Both the position numbers and the translations under genes were made by a program. Below, in pieces: positions 50,401 to 63,398 of a stretch of DNA of 64,000 nt. Origin of the DNA: Paraspadella gotoi (Eukaryota; Animalia; Chaetognatha); assembly GCA_051294375.1 (NCBI GenBank), contig CM119267.1, positions 19,605,546 through 19,669,545 of the forward strand. Reading direction: 5' to 3'. Below the pieces are notes generated by a model. That model did no database searches. It saw only the letters and a list, made by a program, of their open reading frames with translations, and was not told the DNA's origin. Numbering within the stretch: position 1 is the first letter of the stretch; each line of letters starts with the position of its first letter.

Positions 50401-53400
50401 GCGTGTCTGACATTTTCGTTTTAGTATTTTTTTTAAATTCCTTTAAAATTTGATCGTGGTTCGTGCGAGCTTAGTTTAAATTGAGTTTGATCAGCTTTAA
50501 AAATCAGGTATAATTCTTTTATTACAGGTTGATTTTATTAATTATTGAATTTTTATTGGTGAAATAATTGTTTTCCTTTTTTTCAACTGTTGCTGTGAAA
50601 ACCACGAGAGCTAGACGCCCCTTTTCAATCGCCCTCTGATCCCATTGTCAAATTAGCTTCTTTTTTTTCACTATCTTCGTTTCAAAGTCCGAGGAAAGAG
50701 CCGAATATTGTCGCTTTAACAATGGCAAATTTTATAAATGTCATTTGAAAGGAATGAAAAAATACACAGAGAAAGTATAATCAAAAATTTATCATGACTG
50801 CCAAAAAATGACGTGATATAATTTTTTTTGTCAGTAATCTTATTTAAATAATAGAAAATATGATATAACCCAAAAGGAAAGATTTTTTTTCGAGAGGGGG
50901 AAAAATCCAATAAATATATTTTTCCGCATTGGCCATTGCTTTCGATATCAGAGGTAAGGATTTTGTAACCAGGAAATTTTATGGACGAGTAAATCCGGAA
51001 AAAAAGAACAAAGGTTCATGTAACATCAAATCATGCAGGTACTCTCGCTGGCGTCCTAAAGAAGGCCCAGAGTAGATATTTCAAGATGATGTAACCTCAG
51101 AAAAAATATGATCATTCTGATTAGATTACTAAAACATTCCATAACAATTAGTAGTTGCGTTCTTCGTAATGTAAGTTGATAACATATATATAAAAATTAT
51201 ATATATACAGAAAAGTTGTCCCTCGCTTCTGAGCCGACTAATTAATTTACCTACGATTCAGGGTCATCTTGATTATCTTGATAGTTCTTCATCTAATCTC
51301 GAATGTCGAGCAAAAACCACTTTCTGACAACGAAAAAAGTAGAGCAAATTGAGGCCGAGTAAAGGCACGAAATGTTCACGTGTTCGATTGTTACTAACGG
51401 AATTTTTTTTTAAAAAGAGTTTAAAGATCTTATAAAACAACTATATTTAATTTTTTATTTAAACAAGATCAAATTTCGCTAGGTACATAGTAGGGTGAAT
51501 TTAATTGAATCAGAACACCGAAAACATTCAATAGGAAATCAAGATTCTATAGTCCTGAGGACTCTTAGCATTCATTTTATGAAGAAACATGAAAAAAGAA
51601 TATTCCAATATAAAAAAAACTAATGGTGAAGCGACTAATTTCCTTGTCCAGTGTCCACCATTTTACCCTTTTAGTTTTACTCACAAACAAACCAAATTTA
51701 ATCTAATTCAAAAAAGCAAAAGAAATTTATAATAAGATTAAACTTAAACACCGAATCAAATAGCTAATTTTCAGTTGTTCCGCTTAGTTTTAACTTTAAA
51801 ACCTTCTCAGAAGTCACTTTACTTTTAATTTTCGAGAACGATAACATTAAGAGCGATTCGTTATCGTCAACTTTAAAAATAAATTAGTTTAAAAATTTTT
51901 CGCAACCTCGTCGCGAATCTCTCTCCCTCTCTCACTGCATGAATATATATTTCTCGAACAAACGGCGGCTCCGCTTCGAGACTCGATCCCCTCGAGAGCG
52001 GGAGGAGGAGAAGAGTGAAGCGAGAAAGATCACTTTGGCCTTGGCCGTGAAATTCATTACTGCCTGGCTCTGTAAACATTGAACAAAAAATCGCGCAAAG
52101 TTTCAACCAATTTCATCATCTATCCGAGACGTAAATTTTTAAAACTACGCCAAATAAGAAAAAAAAATCCCCGCTTATCTCCCTCTCCCCCGGCTCTCTC
52201 TTCAGACCGACCATCCCGTTTCCACGTGAACAGGGTCATGTGACCAATGGGGCAAAAACGACGACGACGATCATAGCGAATTAACGCGAATCGACGAAAA
52301 AAACCTTCGACTTTACGACTCTCTCTCTCTCTCTGTCGATCTCCTCGCGCCTCGAACGATCCGTCAAATCTACGGAAGCGACCGTCCAAGAGGTAGAGCA
52401 GAAATAATACCAAGGGAACGAAGAAGGGTCGAACAAGAAAAACGAGTCTCTCCTCTCCCCATTCAATTGATCGTCGCCTCGACACGAAATAAAAGACTTT
52501 AATCTCATACGCGACTTCTCAGGGAAAGGAATCGCTAAAAAGAGAAACCTGTTTTGTTTTTTTTTGTTTTTTTAATTACTCAAAAAAGCTTAACCACTGA
52601 CTTAAAAAATCTTCAAAAATCCCAGGATTACAAGTCATCATAACAAGATACAAATTTACTGAGCGACGTTTTTCGCGGAGAGAATGTTGAGTGTTCATTC
52701 TCCGCCTATACCGACGATTTTCCCTGCTCAAAGATCGAAATCTAAAATCATTTCACGACAAAGGTGAGTAAAGAGAAACAATCACAACAGGTTTTTAAAA
52801 GCATCTGAATCATGGTAAATTTTAACATGATCCCAGGCCGTTTCGTCATTTCTTTTCGATATATCGTGTTTTGCTCAATGCTCATTCCTGTTTTATAAAT
52901 TTTCAAAATCATTACTAATGACATTAGTCAAGCAACAATCTCAATTAGCTTCGTAAAAAACCAACATATTTAGCTTCTCCTTAGGCTTTCTTAAATAAAA
53001 GAATTATTAAGGAAGGTGAGATCATTCCATTTATAAAAACTATGCTAGTAACTTTTTATCCTTTTTGTTAAATAAATCGACAGTCCGAGAGATAAGGATA
53101 GAGAGAGAGAGAGAAGGAAAGAGGGTCGAAAGCTAAGATGGAGAGAAAGAACATCACGAGCGCGCACATACCCGTTCGTTGAACTCTTGTCACTTGTTTG
53201 AAAATAATTTTCTACATTCGCTTTAACGCTCTGATACCGTTTATCTTTGCAGGTTCGTCTTTTCAATAATTAGCTTAAAATTTGACTCCATACGTAGCGT
53301 GCCTTTTTTTTTGGGCTCCGTTTATCTATTATAAATATAATACAGCCTGCTGCGCGAAAAGCCTTGAACCAAATGTTTGATTAAGCCCCCAGGGGAAACA

Positions 53401-56400
53401 ATACTTATGCCCCAGGTTTAGATAGGATTAACTAAGACAGGCCCCGTTCCCAAGGTCATGCATCGCCCAGGATAAATTTAAAACATCTCAGAATTTTGCT
53501 TTTACTTTTACTCACGTTTCAATGAAAATGTTTCAAATGTATTCTAGCGTCAACTCAAAATAAAAAGATCAATAACGAGAAAAGGCCTGCGTCAGAAAAA
53601 GCCGTCTTTTACACAACAGAACACATCTCGCTCACATCTTATCGACAATCAATATTTTTCTTTCCTTAAAAGCTCCATCTTTTTCTCTCAACAGAAACAT
53701 GCTATACGAAAACGAGAGCGTTCCGAGAAGTTACGGATTCGACCAGGAAAACCATCAGAACGAGGTAAAATTTTTTTCAACACTGGTATTATCTCTCGTC
53801 CGATGTGATGGTAAACCGAATAGCACCTCTTTTTTGACCTAGTTTTCCGCGCCGGTCACGATACCCAACGTCTCTATACATTCGGAAAATTTCGAAGGCG
53901 GCAGCCCTATCGTTGCAAGCATGGCCGCTCTCATTCTTTCCCAATCTCCAGATATTGCTACATCATTTTTGCAAGAATATTTCAGGTAGAGCTTTTTAAA
54001 AATCAAAATCGAATTCAATAGTTGAATGATGAATATTTTCTTATCCATTTCCTAGAAACGAGTCATTTTTGCCCATCGAAGACAACAAGAACGGCGATAA
54101 TTCATGTCGCCGGAGTTCGGAGTTGAAACACCCAACAGTTTTTAAAGAGCGTTCCGCAAACGATCTGCGGTGCGTCAACAACACCTTCGCCTGTTCTTGG
54201 GCGGCGGAACTTTCTCAAATTTCCCTCGCGTAAGTTTATTCGCTGTATTAACCGGCATCGAAATCGGATCGTGTGTTTCCATCATATTGCCTTCTCTACT
54301 TTGCAGGAAAAGCCGACGCAAAAGCTGCTTGCGAGGGCGTAAGGCCGAACAGAAGAAGAACAAAGTGGTACAGTTCGCCGACGAGAACGGAGTCTCGTTG
54401 GTCGAAATAAAGGAATACTCTACATCATCTACTTGGAACTGCTGGTCCGTCCAGTCGAGCAACCGTCTCGACTCCCCCGTTTGGCCTCCTTCGCCACCAC
54501 CAACACCAACACCGCCGCCTCCAAAGACCATTAAAGGCCAGAAAAGACTCGTATGCGAATTCACCGCACCCTCTTTCGACTTTGGCAAATTTTACCGACG
54601 CATCGACCGAGACAAGGTGTGTCTGGAAAACGTTTTCATCGTCGACCGCAAAGTAACTGGCGTCGTCAAGGTCAAAAACGAACATTACGACAAGTCGGTT
54701 CGCGCGAGGTACACTTTGGACGGATGGCGCTCCTATCGGGAGACGGAAGCCGTCTACATCTGTAACGGAAAGAGCCGAAGCGACCACGACTCGTTCACTT
54801 TCGACATCGACGTCCCCTCTAGCCTACAGTTGCATGAGAAACTAGAATTTTGCATCAAATACGAATCTGGCGGCGAAGAGCATTGGGACAACAATGAGGG
54901 AAATAACTACGTCGTCGTCAACGCCCAGTATTTCGAAATATGGCAAAACTATTCTCCGACGCCTGTCCGAACCCAGGGCGAAGACTTTTTGAATGAAAAT
55001 TCTGATTGTGTGTGGTATTGAATTATTTACAAAGCTTGTGATAGAAATATTATTTTTACATAAAAAGGTCAGTATTAGATCGTTTCTAAGGGCCGTAAAT
55101 AAAAATAGCAGAAATGGTTTGAACGTACAAAAAATTTCCCTCTTTATTTAGGCAATTTACACATTTTACAACACATATCTGATATCTGCGATGTTTGTTC
55201 TTGTTGAAAGCTTATTGAGGTGTGGATCACCTATTGTTTTTACAATAAATCAAAAAAAAATTTTGTTTTTTATTAAAATGATGGAGTGTTAATCTTAATG
55301 GGTCTGGGGATATCGCAATGCTACCTGCCACATGCAAGTTTCTGAATAGGGTTTTGATTCTCTGAACAAAAGAATTTAAGAAGACACTTTAAAATTTCGC
55401 CGTATAATCTGATAATCGGCAAACGAAAAAATAATTTAAAAAATTTAAATTAGGTACCTTTAGACAAATAGTTCGAGTCAGAATTTTAAATTATATTTTG
55501 GGGGCCATCCTAGTCCCGAAGCATCGTACCATTTAATTATTCTACAAATACGACGTTAGTTTTTTGAATTACATGAGAAAAGAGCTATTTTTTCCTTTAA
55601 GTATTTTACTGTGACGCAAAGTAAATTATTATGGTGTATGGCAGTATATTCACACCGCCTCACGTCCACCATCGTTCAGCCAATACTCAGAGGGGGAACA
55701 CACCATCCCAGGCGTTGTGTTCCATCCACAGTCCTAACGACTTCCCTCTGTCTCATCATTATTTAGTGTAGGAAGTCCCCGCATAAGGCATATTGATTAT
55801 TTAAATACTTTTAACTTTTAAATACAGAAGGCTTCATTTTATAAAATGTAGTACCCCTTTTTTGTGACCAGAATCTGTTCCCACCAAACTACCCAATCAA
55901 ATTTAATGAAATTTTACATTTAGAGTGCTAATGACTATATAAATGGAACTGTCGAGGCGAATTTTGATATTCAACCCCTGACAAGAGATACAGGGCCCTT
56001 GGGGTGGGCCCCTGGAGGGCCAAAAAATGCTAAAATTTTTTTTCCAAATTTTTTTAGTAGCATCAGGTGCATTGACGTTTTAAACATAAGAAAAAAACAT
56101 TTTAGAACTAAAATTGATAAATTTGCAATAATTAAGCATGGTTGAAGATGCATGGTTCATCGTTTTACTACCAATTTTCCCAAATTATTCTAAATCTGAC
56201 TAACTGCTGATGTTAATGAAGCTAAAAATTAAGGTAAATGAAGATTTTTGAGGTAATAAATACGTTTTTGTGGAAGAGTAAACGTCTGTGCAACTGTTTA
56301 AAACAAAAATAATAAAAAAATTTGTGGCCCTCAGGGGCTGCCCCCTCAGGGCCCCTTATCTCAGCTTAGGGGTAGAATGTAAAAATTCGCCTCGATAGTT

Positions 56401-58646
56401 CCATTTGTATCACTACTGGTACTCCGCATGCAAAATTTCATTAAATTCTATTCAGTAGTTTTCTTGGAACGTGTTCTGGTCACAAAAAATGGGTACCACA
56501 TTTTATAATATGAAGCCTTCTGTATAGCTTTTAGTGTAGCTTTCAGAATCTCCAGCTCTACAGTACAGAGGATGAAGGGGAAGATATAATATCAAAGACG
56601 TAAGACACCGACAGACAGAGGCGGTGCTTCTTGGATTGCGAATAACGAATAAGACGAGGGACCAAACGACGTAAAACGATATCCAAGCTTGGCAAAAAAT
56701 TATGCCTGGAAAAACCAGTAGCTTTAACTTCAAGGCAATAAAATATAAAAGGCGAAAATTAGAAGTATGTACTTCAAAATAATATTTCATTCATGCGTCC
56801 TGTTAAACTCAAGATTCTCTTAAAAACTAGTCGCTAAATCGATTACTGTTTTTAACATGACAAAGTAATCCAATTTAAAGGGCAAACGCATAAATTTAAA
56901 GTGTTTTTAAATCAAGTTCCTACCTAAACATAATAATAGTCAATATGTAAACCTTTTCAGCTGAAAGTTAACAATTGGAATGACGAAAAGACGACAATCA
57001 TAAACCTCAGAATTAAATTACGGTCTCCCGCCGAAGATTTGACAAAGACAAAAAGGAAAAAAAGACCACTTGGTTCTATTGCTCAAAGAAAGAAAACGAG
57101 AAAAAGAAATCGAAACAAGAAATCGCCTTCAAAAGATTTCCGGCTGGCAACCAAGAAATGTTTTACTCCACCGACTTCACAACCCCCCCCACCCTTACGG
57201 CACAATTTCTCCGCGGCCACTTCTCATCCCTCACCATTTTTCTGTTAGGAACCCCGCGCCGCTATCTAGGCAAGAGCCGCAATTCAAGATTAGGACGACG
57301 CTAACAACAGAGCAGCGGCTTTGTTATATTGCCAAGTGGGGCAAAACAAAGCCATCGCGGGACTCGTTAATGGGAAAAACCATGACAAGAGATGAGCTCC
57401 GGGCTAATTACCTTGCTTTCATACTACCCCAAGTGCTCCCTCCTCCGCCAAAGAGTTCATTGTTATCCGAATTAATTTTCAAATTCATGGAGTTTAGTGA
57501 CGGATGTATATATGTTATAGATATATGAACTAAAACATAATTAAAATTTTGGAAAAAAAAAGTCTTGCCATTCTTTCCGTGATTAAAAGTAAAGCTCGAG
57601 TGATTTCATTCTGGGCATTCGGTTGATGAAACACGGGTAGAGAATAATGGGCGGCAAAGCCCGACGGAATTAATCGCGGTTGTAGAGAGAAAGAGACCAT
57701 CAGCTCTGAAGAGGCTCCTTTCAAATTGGAAATAGCAGGGATAAACCAAACGTAATAGCTTTTCACTGATTTTTTTCCTCCTCATTATATGAAAGTAATT
57801 ATATGAAAGTGCATCATTTGAACATTAAAAACCATAAACCATATAAAGAATTAATGAAATAAAGTAAGAACAAGAAAGAATACTTGAAACCTTCAAAAGA
57901 CGACTGACCCGGCGACCAGTTCGTCTTTAATACATATTTTGTTTGACAAGGCAGCAAACATGTTTTACTGGATGATGTTTTCTCTCCTATTATTTATCGT
58001 TATAACAATATTGTATTGTATGTACAATTGTACATTATAAATTCTGAATTTTATACATAAAAACAATATTACTTCTTATTTTGAATAAGCCAATCAAAAA
58101 AAGCCGCTTTTCTATTTCAAATGAATTTATGACATAATTATCCTCGTTAGCTTGCTAAAATGCAGTTCTACTTTGTTGAGGCCCTGATTCTATGGCAGGA
58201 AAATTTAAATAAATATCTAAGCCAGTAAAAAAAACAAAGAATTTGAATCAAAAAATTTAAAAAATCAAAACCGCCGAAAACATTTATTGTCGACAACTTA
58301 CCTTGTGTCCCGGCGACCCTCTTGAAGATCCCCCGGCTGATGAATGCGAGCTTGTCCCGGCCGAGGCCGCCGCCGCGGCCCGACGCGAGGCGAGGGCGTT
58401 GGCGACTGCGGCGGTTTTGATACCTTCAAGTAGGCGAATGAGCAGGATGTTTGTCGGAAGCTCCTCCACCCTGGTCTCGACCAGGACGCGGCATTCCGGG
58501 CACCGTAGTTCGTGCCTCTTGGCAACTATTTCGTCCAAACATCTTCGGCAAAAGGTGTGCTGGCAAGGGAGCACCCGCGAGGTGTGGTCCAACCGCTCCA
58601 GGCAGACGGAGCACTCCAGCACGGCGTCGAGGACTTGCACGTCCAT
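36589..58646 (-). CDS. SH3RF1: E3 ubiquitin ligase SH3RF/POSH (RING + 4 SH3), >20 exons
   Basis: RING exon 58646-58302 ([11 protein letters not shown]...[12 protein letters not shown]...LRCPECR). SH3-1 and SH3-2 exons 48363-48302, 48171-47940, 47145-47050. SH3-3 at ~41970-41794 ([15 protein letters not shown]...FPGNYV). SH3-4 exons 36831-36733 and 36658-36589 ([16 protein letters not shown]...[11 protein letters not shown]). Q/S/P-rich linker exons not all delimited. Paralog number (SH3RF1/3) is not resolvable. Confidence 0.93.
36913..36922. other. Assembly gap (10 N) inside an SH3RF intron
   Basis: N run flanked on both sides by cccttttact (overlapping contig ends). Confidence 0.95.
37972..38087 (-). 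repeat. 12-bp coding repeat (QHQT/QHQA)n within an SH3RF exon
   Basis: (tgatgttgggtt)n on the + strand; ORF 37899..38102(-) reads [16 protein letters not shown]... Confidence 0.75.
48807..50413 (-). CDS. HMOX: Heme oxygenase with ~200-aa N-terminal extension (~513 aa), one 65-bp intron (49454-49518), nested in SH3RF intron 1
   Basis: [12 protein letters not shown] (heme-ligand His helix), LY.VY.AMEEE, FPTELNR...[23 protein letters not shown] signature, [11 protein letters not shown]-terminal hydrophobic anchor. Exons 50413-49519 and 49453-48807 join in phase 1. Confidence 0.93.
53699..55021 (+). CDS. Protein phosphatase 1 glycogen-targeting regulatory subunit (PPP1R3 family, CBM21), ~365 aa, nested antisense in SH3RF intron 1
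   Basis: Exons 53699-53764, 53843-53985, 54056-54229, 54307-55021 join in phase. RVxF-type KVVQFAD, VCLEN, G.VKVKN...K.V..RYT.D.W and [10 protein letters not shown] motifs. Confidence 0.9.
55638..55750. repeat. Truncated copy of the 60023-60276 element
   Basis: gtatattcacaccgcctcacgtccaccatc...cacagtcctaacgacttccctctg is shared, with a small internal deletion. Confidence 0.85.
55825..56522. mobile_element. Tc1/mariner-type MITE with long imperfect TIRs and TA TSD
   Basis: TA|CAGAAGGCTTCATTTTATAAAATGTAGTACCC...GGGTACCACATTTTATAATATGAAGCCTTCTG|TA; arms also share tgtgaccagaa and aatggaact.tcgaggcgaattt. Confidence 0.85.
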
Positions 58647-60022
58647 CCTCGGCTTTCGGGATGACTTTGTGTGCTGCAAAAAGTCGCTAGTCTCGAGGCG
58701 AGCGCGCGCATCGTCGGCCGAAAGTCGCGACTTCTCGCGCGCACGCACGCGAGGGTCACGCGCCCCGACGAGACGCGTCGAGCTCGCCCGCAGTTCGGGC
58801 CATCGTGGTCACGTTTAAGGTCATAATTCACCGATAACTCATGGCGACATGGGGGGGGGGTTGTTAGATCGAAGGGGTGGCTTGTTCCTTCGACGTCACA
58901 TCTCGGACGAGGAAAGAAAGCAATGTGGGCGAGGGTGTCCCGAATGTGAATTTCGCCGCTCGAATGCCAATGAGTCGCGTCCCGGGATGAAGAGCGAGAG
59001 AAAGTTACGAAGCGATGGGGCGGAAGTAAGAGCGACGGTCATCTGCAGGAGGAAGGAAAGAAAATCTTACATGTTCGAGTGCGGAAGCGAGAAAAAGTAA
59101 TAGAAATGTTTTCAAGTGTTCTGTGAGGTCACGGCCGCGTGAAAAACGGGATTAAATTATTTTTATAAAAACATATATGTACTTCGGTAACCAAGAGCAA
59201 AAGTACATACAATTAATAATAGGTAATACTAATAAATCCTTCGACTTTAAAACTAAAAAAAAACAAAAAAAAAACTAGGAACCGGTGATGAGTAGCATAG
59301 ATTCCGCATAGGTCCATAGGAGCGAAAGCTTATGATCCGTGAAAACTCCGAAAGAAAAAAATGAATGTGAAAATCTGTGTTATGAATATGGAACATCGAA
59401 TTATATAGAAGTTGGACAACAGGATCCAGGAACGATCATCCGCATTGTTTGTTTACATTTTTAACAAGAAAAATTAAAAAAAAGGATGATGCTTCGTTTT
59501 GCCGAGAGCGTCATCTAATCGCCAATAACTGATCAGGGAGAAAGAGAGAGATTAAAAAGCGATCTGCATTTATAAGTAGATTTTTTTAAAAATCCCAAGC
59601 CATCCTTCTCCGGGATATTTTCCGAGGCTTTCGCATCGTGGGTGACTTAGATTTTGAAACCGTTAATTTTAAAAACAAAGAAGACTTGAAAGAAACCGAA
59701 AAGATAAAAATTAATCTTAAAATCTTCATCCACGTGGCAACAAATTGAAACCATGCGGGAGTAAGATATGGAAGGATATCGCGAATAGCTGCCGAATTGA
59801 AACATTGAGCGAGATATGTGAGGGAGAGGGAGAAAAGAGGGTGCAGGAGGAAAGAGAGATAAGGAGATAAGATCATCGTTAGGCAAGTATACCCTCGCGA
59901 AAAAAAGGCCTGAATGGGATTCATTGAAATTAAAATATATTATTTAAAAGTTTAAAATTTTAGAGAAATAATTTTTATAAAATAATAATAAATCATTTCA
60001 TTTCTAATAATAAATAAAATTT

Positions 60023-60276
60023 TGTGGCGGTATATTCACACCGCCTCACGTCCACCATCCTTCAGCCAAATCCATTGGCTCAGAGGGGGAACACACCATC
60101 CCAGGCGTAGTGTTCCATCCACAGTCCTAACGACTTCCCTCTGCGTTGGCAAAGCGAGACCGTCCTAGGGTAACCGCGCCAGTGACTGGAGGCGTCACTG
60201 AGGGTCGGAAGCCCCCAAAGCCAACAGTGAGATGCCCCATCCCAATGGGCATCACAGCAACCCGGCTGTTGCCATA
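60023..60276. mobile_element. Probable solo LTR or small hairpin-rich insertion with 4-bp TSD (ATTT)
   Basis: GC-rich island in AT-rich DNA with ends TGTGGC...GCCATA, flanked by attt on both sides; partial second copy at 55638. Confidence 0.55.
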
Positions 60277-62073
60277 ATTTAATAATTATCAAAATTGTGA
60301 ATTTTCTTATCACATTTACAAGTTAAATTTGATTGCAAGAATTCGTTTATAGAAATTTTTGTAACGTCTCTCACCGCAGGTCATTTTTGTAGCTGGTTGT
60401 ACAATGTACATTTGTATAGTGATAAACTTAACTTTATCGAATAACAAGTAAAAATTGCAAGTAGTAATTAAAAATAGCAGAGCAGAAAATAAAATAGCTC
60501 GATTCAGAAAAACACTTAAGTTATTTAATCTTAAAAATTTTCGCAAAGGTGTCCTTTTTCCGGTAAAGTAAACGCGCAGAGCGGAACCGGCGCGGCAGCC
60601 CATATCCGGTCAGCTGCTGAACGTCTTGTATAAGGACGAAGACAAACGTGGAAAGAGAGAATGAAGAGAAAGAGAGAAAGAGAGAAAGAGAGAGAGAAGA
60701 GCGAGGGATATCAGATCGGTGTGGAAAAAGAAAGCGGAAGCGACGTTTAAGTGACGCAAAGAATGGGGAGGAGAAAAATCGAGAATACGCGAGGGAGGAA
60801 AGAAAAAAAAACTGGGAAAGGCACAAACTCTCCTCGCGCTGGAAAGGAGAAAAAGAGATAGAGAGCGAGTGAGAGACGAACGCCAATCAAAGGCAAAGGC
60901 ACAGCGTCTCGACTCACATCTCTCCCATCATGCAGGGATCACTGCGGAAAAGGAGGAGGAAGAGGAAGCCTATGTATTCTGTTAAAGCCGAGGCGCGCGT
61001 TGTTGGTTCTTGCCTGGGAGGAGGAAGGAAGGAAGAAAAATGGGCACGGAGTGAAGATGGGGGGGGGGGAAAGGAAAGAGCCAGAGAAATACGACGACGG
61101 AAAAATCAGACTTTTTTTTCTTCACAGCGAAAAACGCATCGGTTTTACCGACATGCGGAAATGGGTTAGAGGGTGGAAATGGCTTAAGAGAAATCAAAAT
61201 GAGGAAAACCATGCCAGACTTATTATTTTTTTATTATTAATATTAACGAGTCGATCTATTTAAAGCCAGAATATAACATTCAATATCGATTTACATAATT
61301 TGTTTCCAATATATCGAATTTTAAAGAGAAAATGGCCAGTTTTACAACAAATTAACTTTTGGATCAGCCTCAAAATTACTGTTAGTTATCCTAGGGTTCT
61401 TCAATAATCTTCCTATGAAATTGGTACAACCAATATATGTGACATAAGCTTAAAGTTATAGTATAGTATAGTATCTTGAAGCTTTGTTTCAAAATTAATA
61501 AATAAATGACAAGGCATTCATTCACAATAATACCCTAATTCGTTGAACCCGTGATCAAGGGTTCAAATCAATCCACACTAAACGTGATTCGACAGTGCCA
61601 GTCAACCAGTGACAAAAGCCGATGTCTGAGTTTTGGAATTCCCCAATCCAAAACGTACATCACAGGCAATCCCACTTTTCCCAATTTTTTTAATATATTG
61701 TTTTTCAAAAAAAAAAAAAAAAAAAAAAAAAAACTGCCGTAATGCAGGTTCACTTTGATAAATTTCGTAATTTTGTTCAATCTCACTCACGAGCAAAGGG
61801 CTTCGGTCGACAGAAGTTCCTGCATAAGACCAGTACACAAATTTTTATTTCCCTTTTTTTATCACGTATGTTATTAGGGGTTAATTAGTTTAGCTCATTT
61901 TACATCAACTTTACCGTGCAGGTATTCGATTCAACGGTCAAAGCTTAATAACAGCGACTTTGATATGTAGTGATACGAAAAAAAACTTGTAATGAGGGTA
62001 AATTTCTGAAGAAGCAGAATTTTTACTTTGACAGTGGATCTTACTATCAATCCTTCAGTTCCCATTAAAACAA

Positions 62074-62148
62074 TTGCGCTATGAAGGCTTACATTGAAGC
62101 TGAAACATGTCCGAAATGTGTTTCTTTATAAAACTCGTACGTAAACAA
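62074..62148 (+). repeat. Third copy of the hammerhead-bearing Penelope-like fragment (core G deleted: CT-ATGA)
   Basis: ttgcg CTATGA aggcttacattgaagct GAAA CATG TC cgaaat...aaaactcgtacgtaaacaa is the reverse complement of 34351-34427. Confidence 0.7.
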
Positions 62149-62208
62149 TTCATTTTCTACTTCAAACTTAAAAATTATAGTGGACTAAAATCCACCAATC
62201 GTTCATCA

Positions 62209-62280
62209 GCGGCCGTTGGTGCCGGAGGCAAGTCATTCGCCTCCCAACCCAAAGGTCCGGGGTTCTAGCCCGGTGGCCGC
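62209..62280 (+). other. tRNA-derived (Gly-CCC-like) pseudo-tRNA / Pol III promoter module inside the 5' LTR; second copy ~62640-62711
   Basis: Acceptor stem GCGGCCG/TGGCCGC, A-box-like TGGTGCCGGAGG, TTCGCCTCCCAA anticodon-loop-like region, T-arm CCGGG-GTTCTAG-CCCGG (B-box-like). The anticodon stem does not pair, so it is not a functional tRNA. Confidence 0.75.
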
Positions 62281-62801
62281 CTAGCAGTTAAGAGGGACGG
62301 GGCGATTAACCCGCCTGTAACAGCCTGTTACAGCCTGTTACAGCCTGATCCGAAGCTCAGGGACTGCTTAAAATTGAACGGTTCTGTCACTAACATATAA
62401 CAATTATCACTGTCTCTTCATTGGTGAGCCCGACTTCCGAACACAACAGCAACAACAACACTTTCAGGCGACATGCCTCAACCTGGCGATGCACTTTCCA
62501 CCAACAACACATCAGGCAACATGCCTCAACTTGGTGACGCACTTTCCACCAACAACAACAATTCACTGTAGAGACGCAACAGACTTCTCCCTACGGGAGG
62601 GGGGATGTATGGTGGACTAAAATCCACCAACCGTTCATCAGTGGCAATTTGTGCCGGAGGCAAGTCATTCGCTCCCAACCCAAAGGTCCAGGGTTCTAGC
62701 CCGGTGGCCGCCTAGCAGTTAAGAGGGACGGGGCACTTAACCCGCCTGTAACACGGTGTTACAGCCTGATCCGAAGCTCAGGGACTGCTTATATTGAACG
62801 G

Positions 62802-63398
62802 TAGAGCGTAGTGAAAGTTAAATACGAAAATTCTAAATGTCAATCAATACCATCAATGGATATTAATTTGTAAACAAAATTTATGTTCTTCAATTTTCGC
62901 AGTAGGCTATATTTATATATAGTACTATCCTTATAAAATCGAAAAAATTCAAAATAGGCTTTTCTTAATTTTGATTGCAGATTTGAATTCCTCGTCAAAA
63001 GTTGATAAAAGAAAATATAAATCATTTTTAAATATTTTTTCAATAAGTGGGTTAAAAATTAAAAAAAATTTATTGAATATATAAAATTTTAATTTTCAGC
63101 TTAAAATATAGGTTTTTTTATATTTGATCAACTTAATGAAAGAATTTTTAAAAAAGAGTTATATTTCTTTATATCAACTTTTCATGACGAATCCAAATCT
63201 GCAAAAAAATCTTTAAGAAATAATTTTAGAATTTTAACATTTAGTGGATTAGTACTAGTATAAATATAGCCTACTGCGTAAATTTTAAAATTTATTATAA
63301 AATTTTTTTATACATAAATGTTAATTAGCATAATGTTGTTCATTCCTCACTTTTAGAATTTTAATTAAAGTTAAATTGATAATTTTTACTACGCCTTA
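62802..63398. mobile_element. hAT-type fold-back MITE inserted in the TRIM 3' LTR
   Basis: 8-bp TSD TTGAACGG (62794-62801, 63399-63406), present once at the equivalent site of the 5' LTR. Ends TAGAGCGTAGTGAAAGTTA / TAATTTTTACTACGCCTTA; internal inverted arms cgcagtaggctatatttata / tataaatatagcctactgcg. Confidence 0.88.

Noticed and set aside
61550-62060. Possible minus-strand exons upstream of SH3RF
   Set aside because: Splice-like sites are present but there is no consistent open frame or recognisable protein.
62209-62280. Functional tRNA-Gly gene or tandem SINE pair
   Set aside because: The anticodon stem does not pair and the T-loop spacing is off. PBS, PPT, LTR termini and TSD explain the duplication as LTRs.
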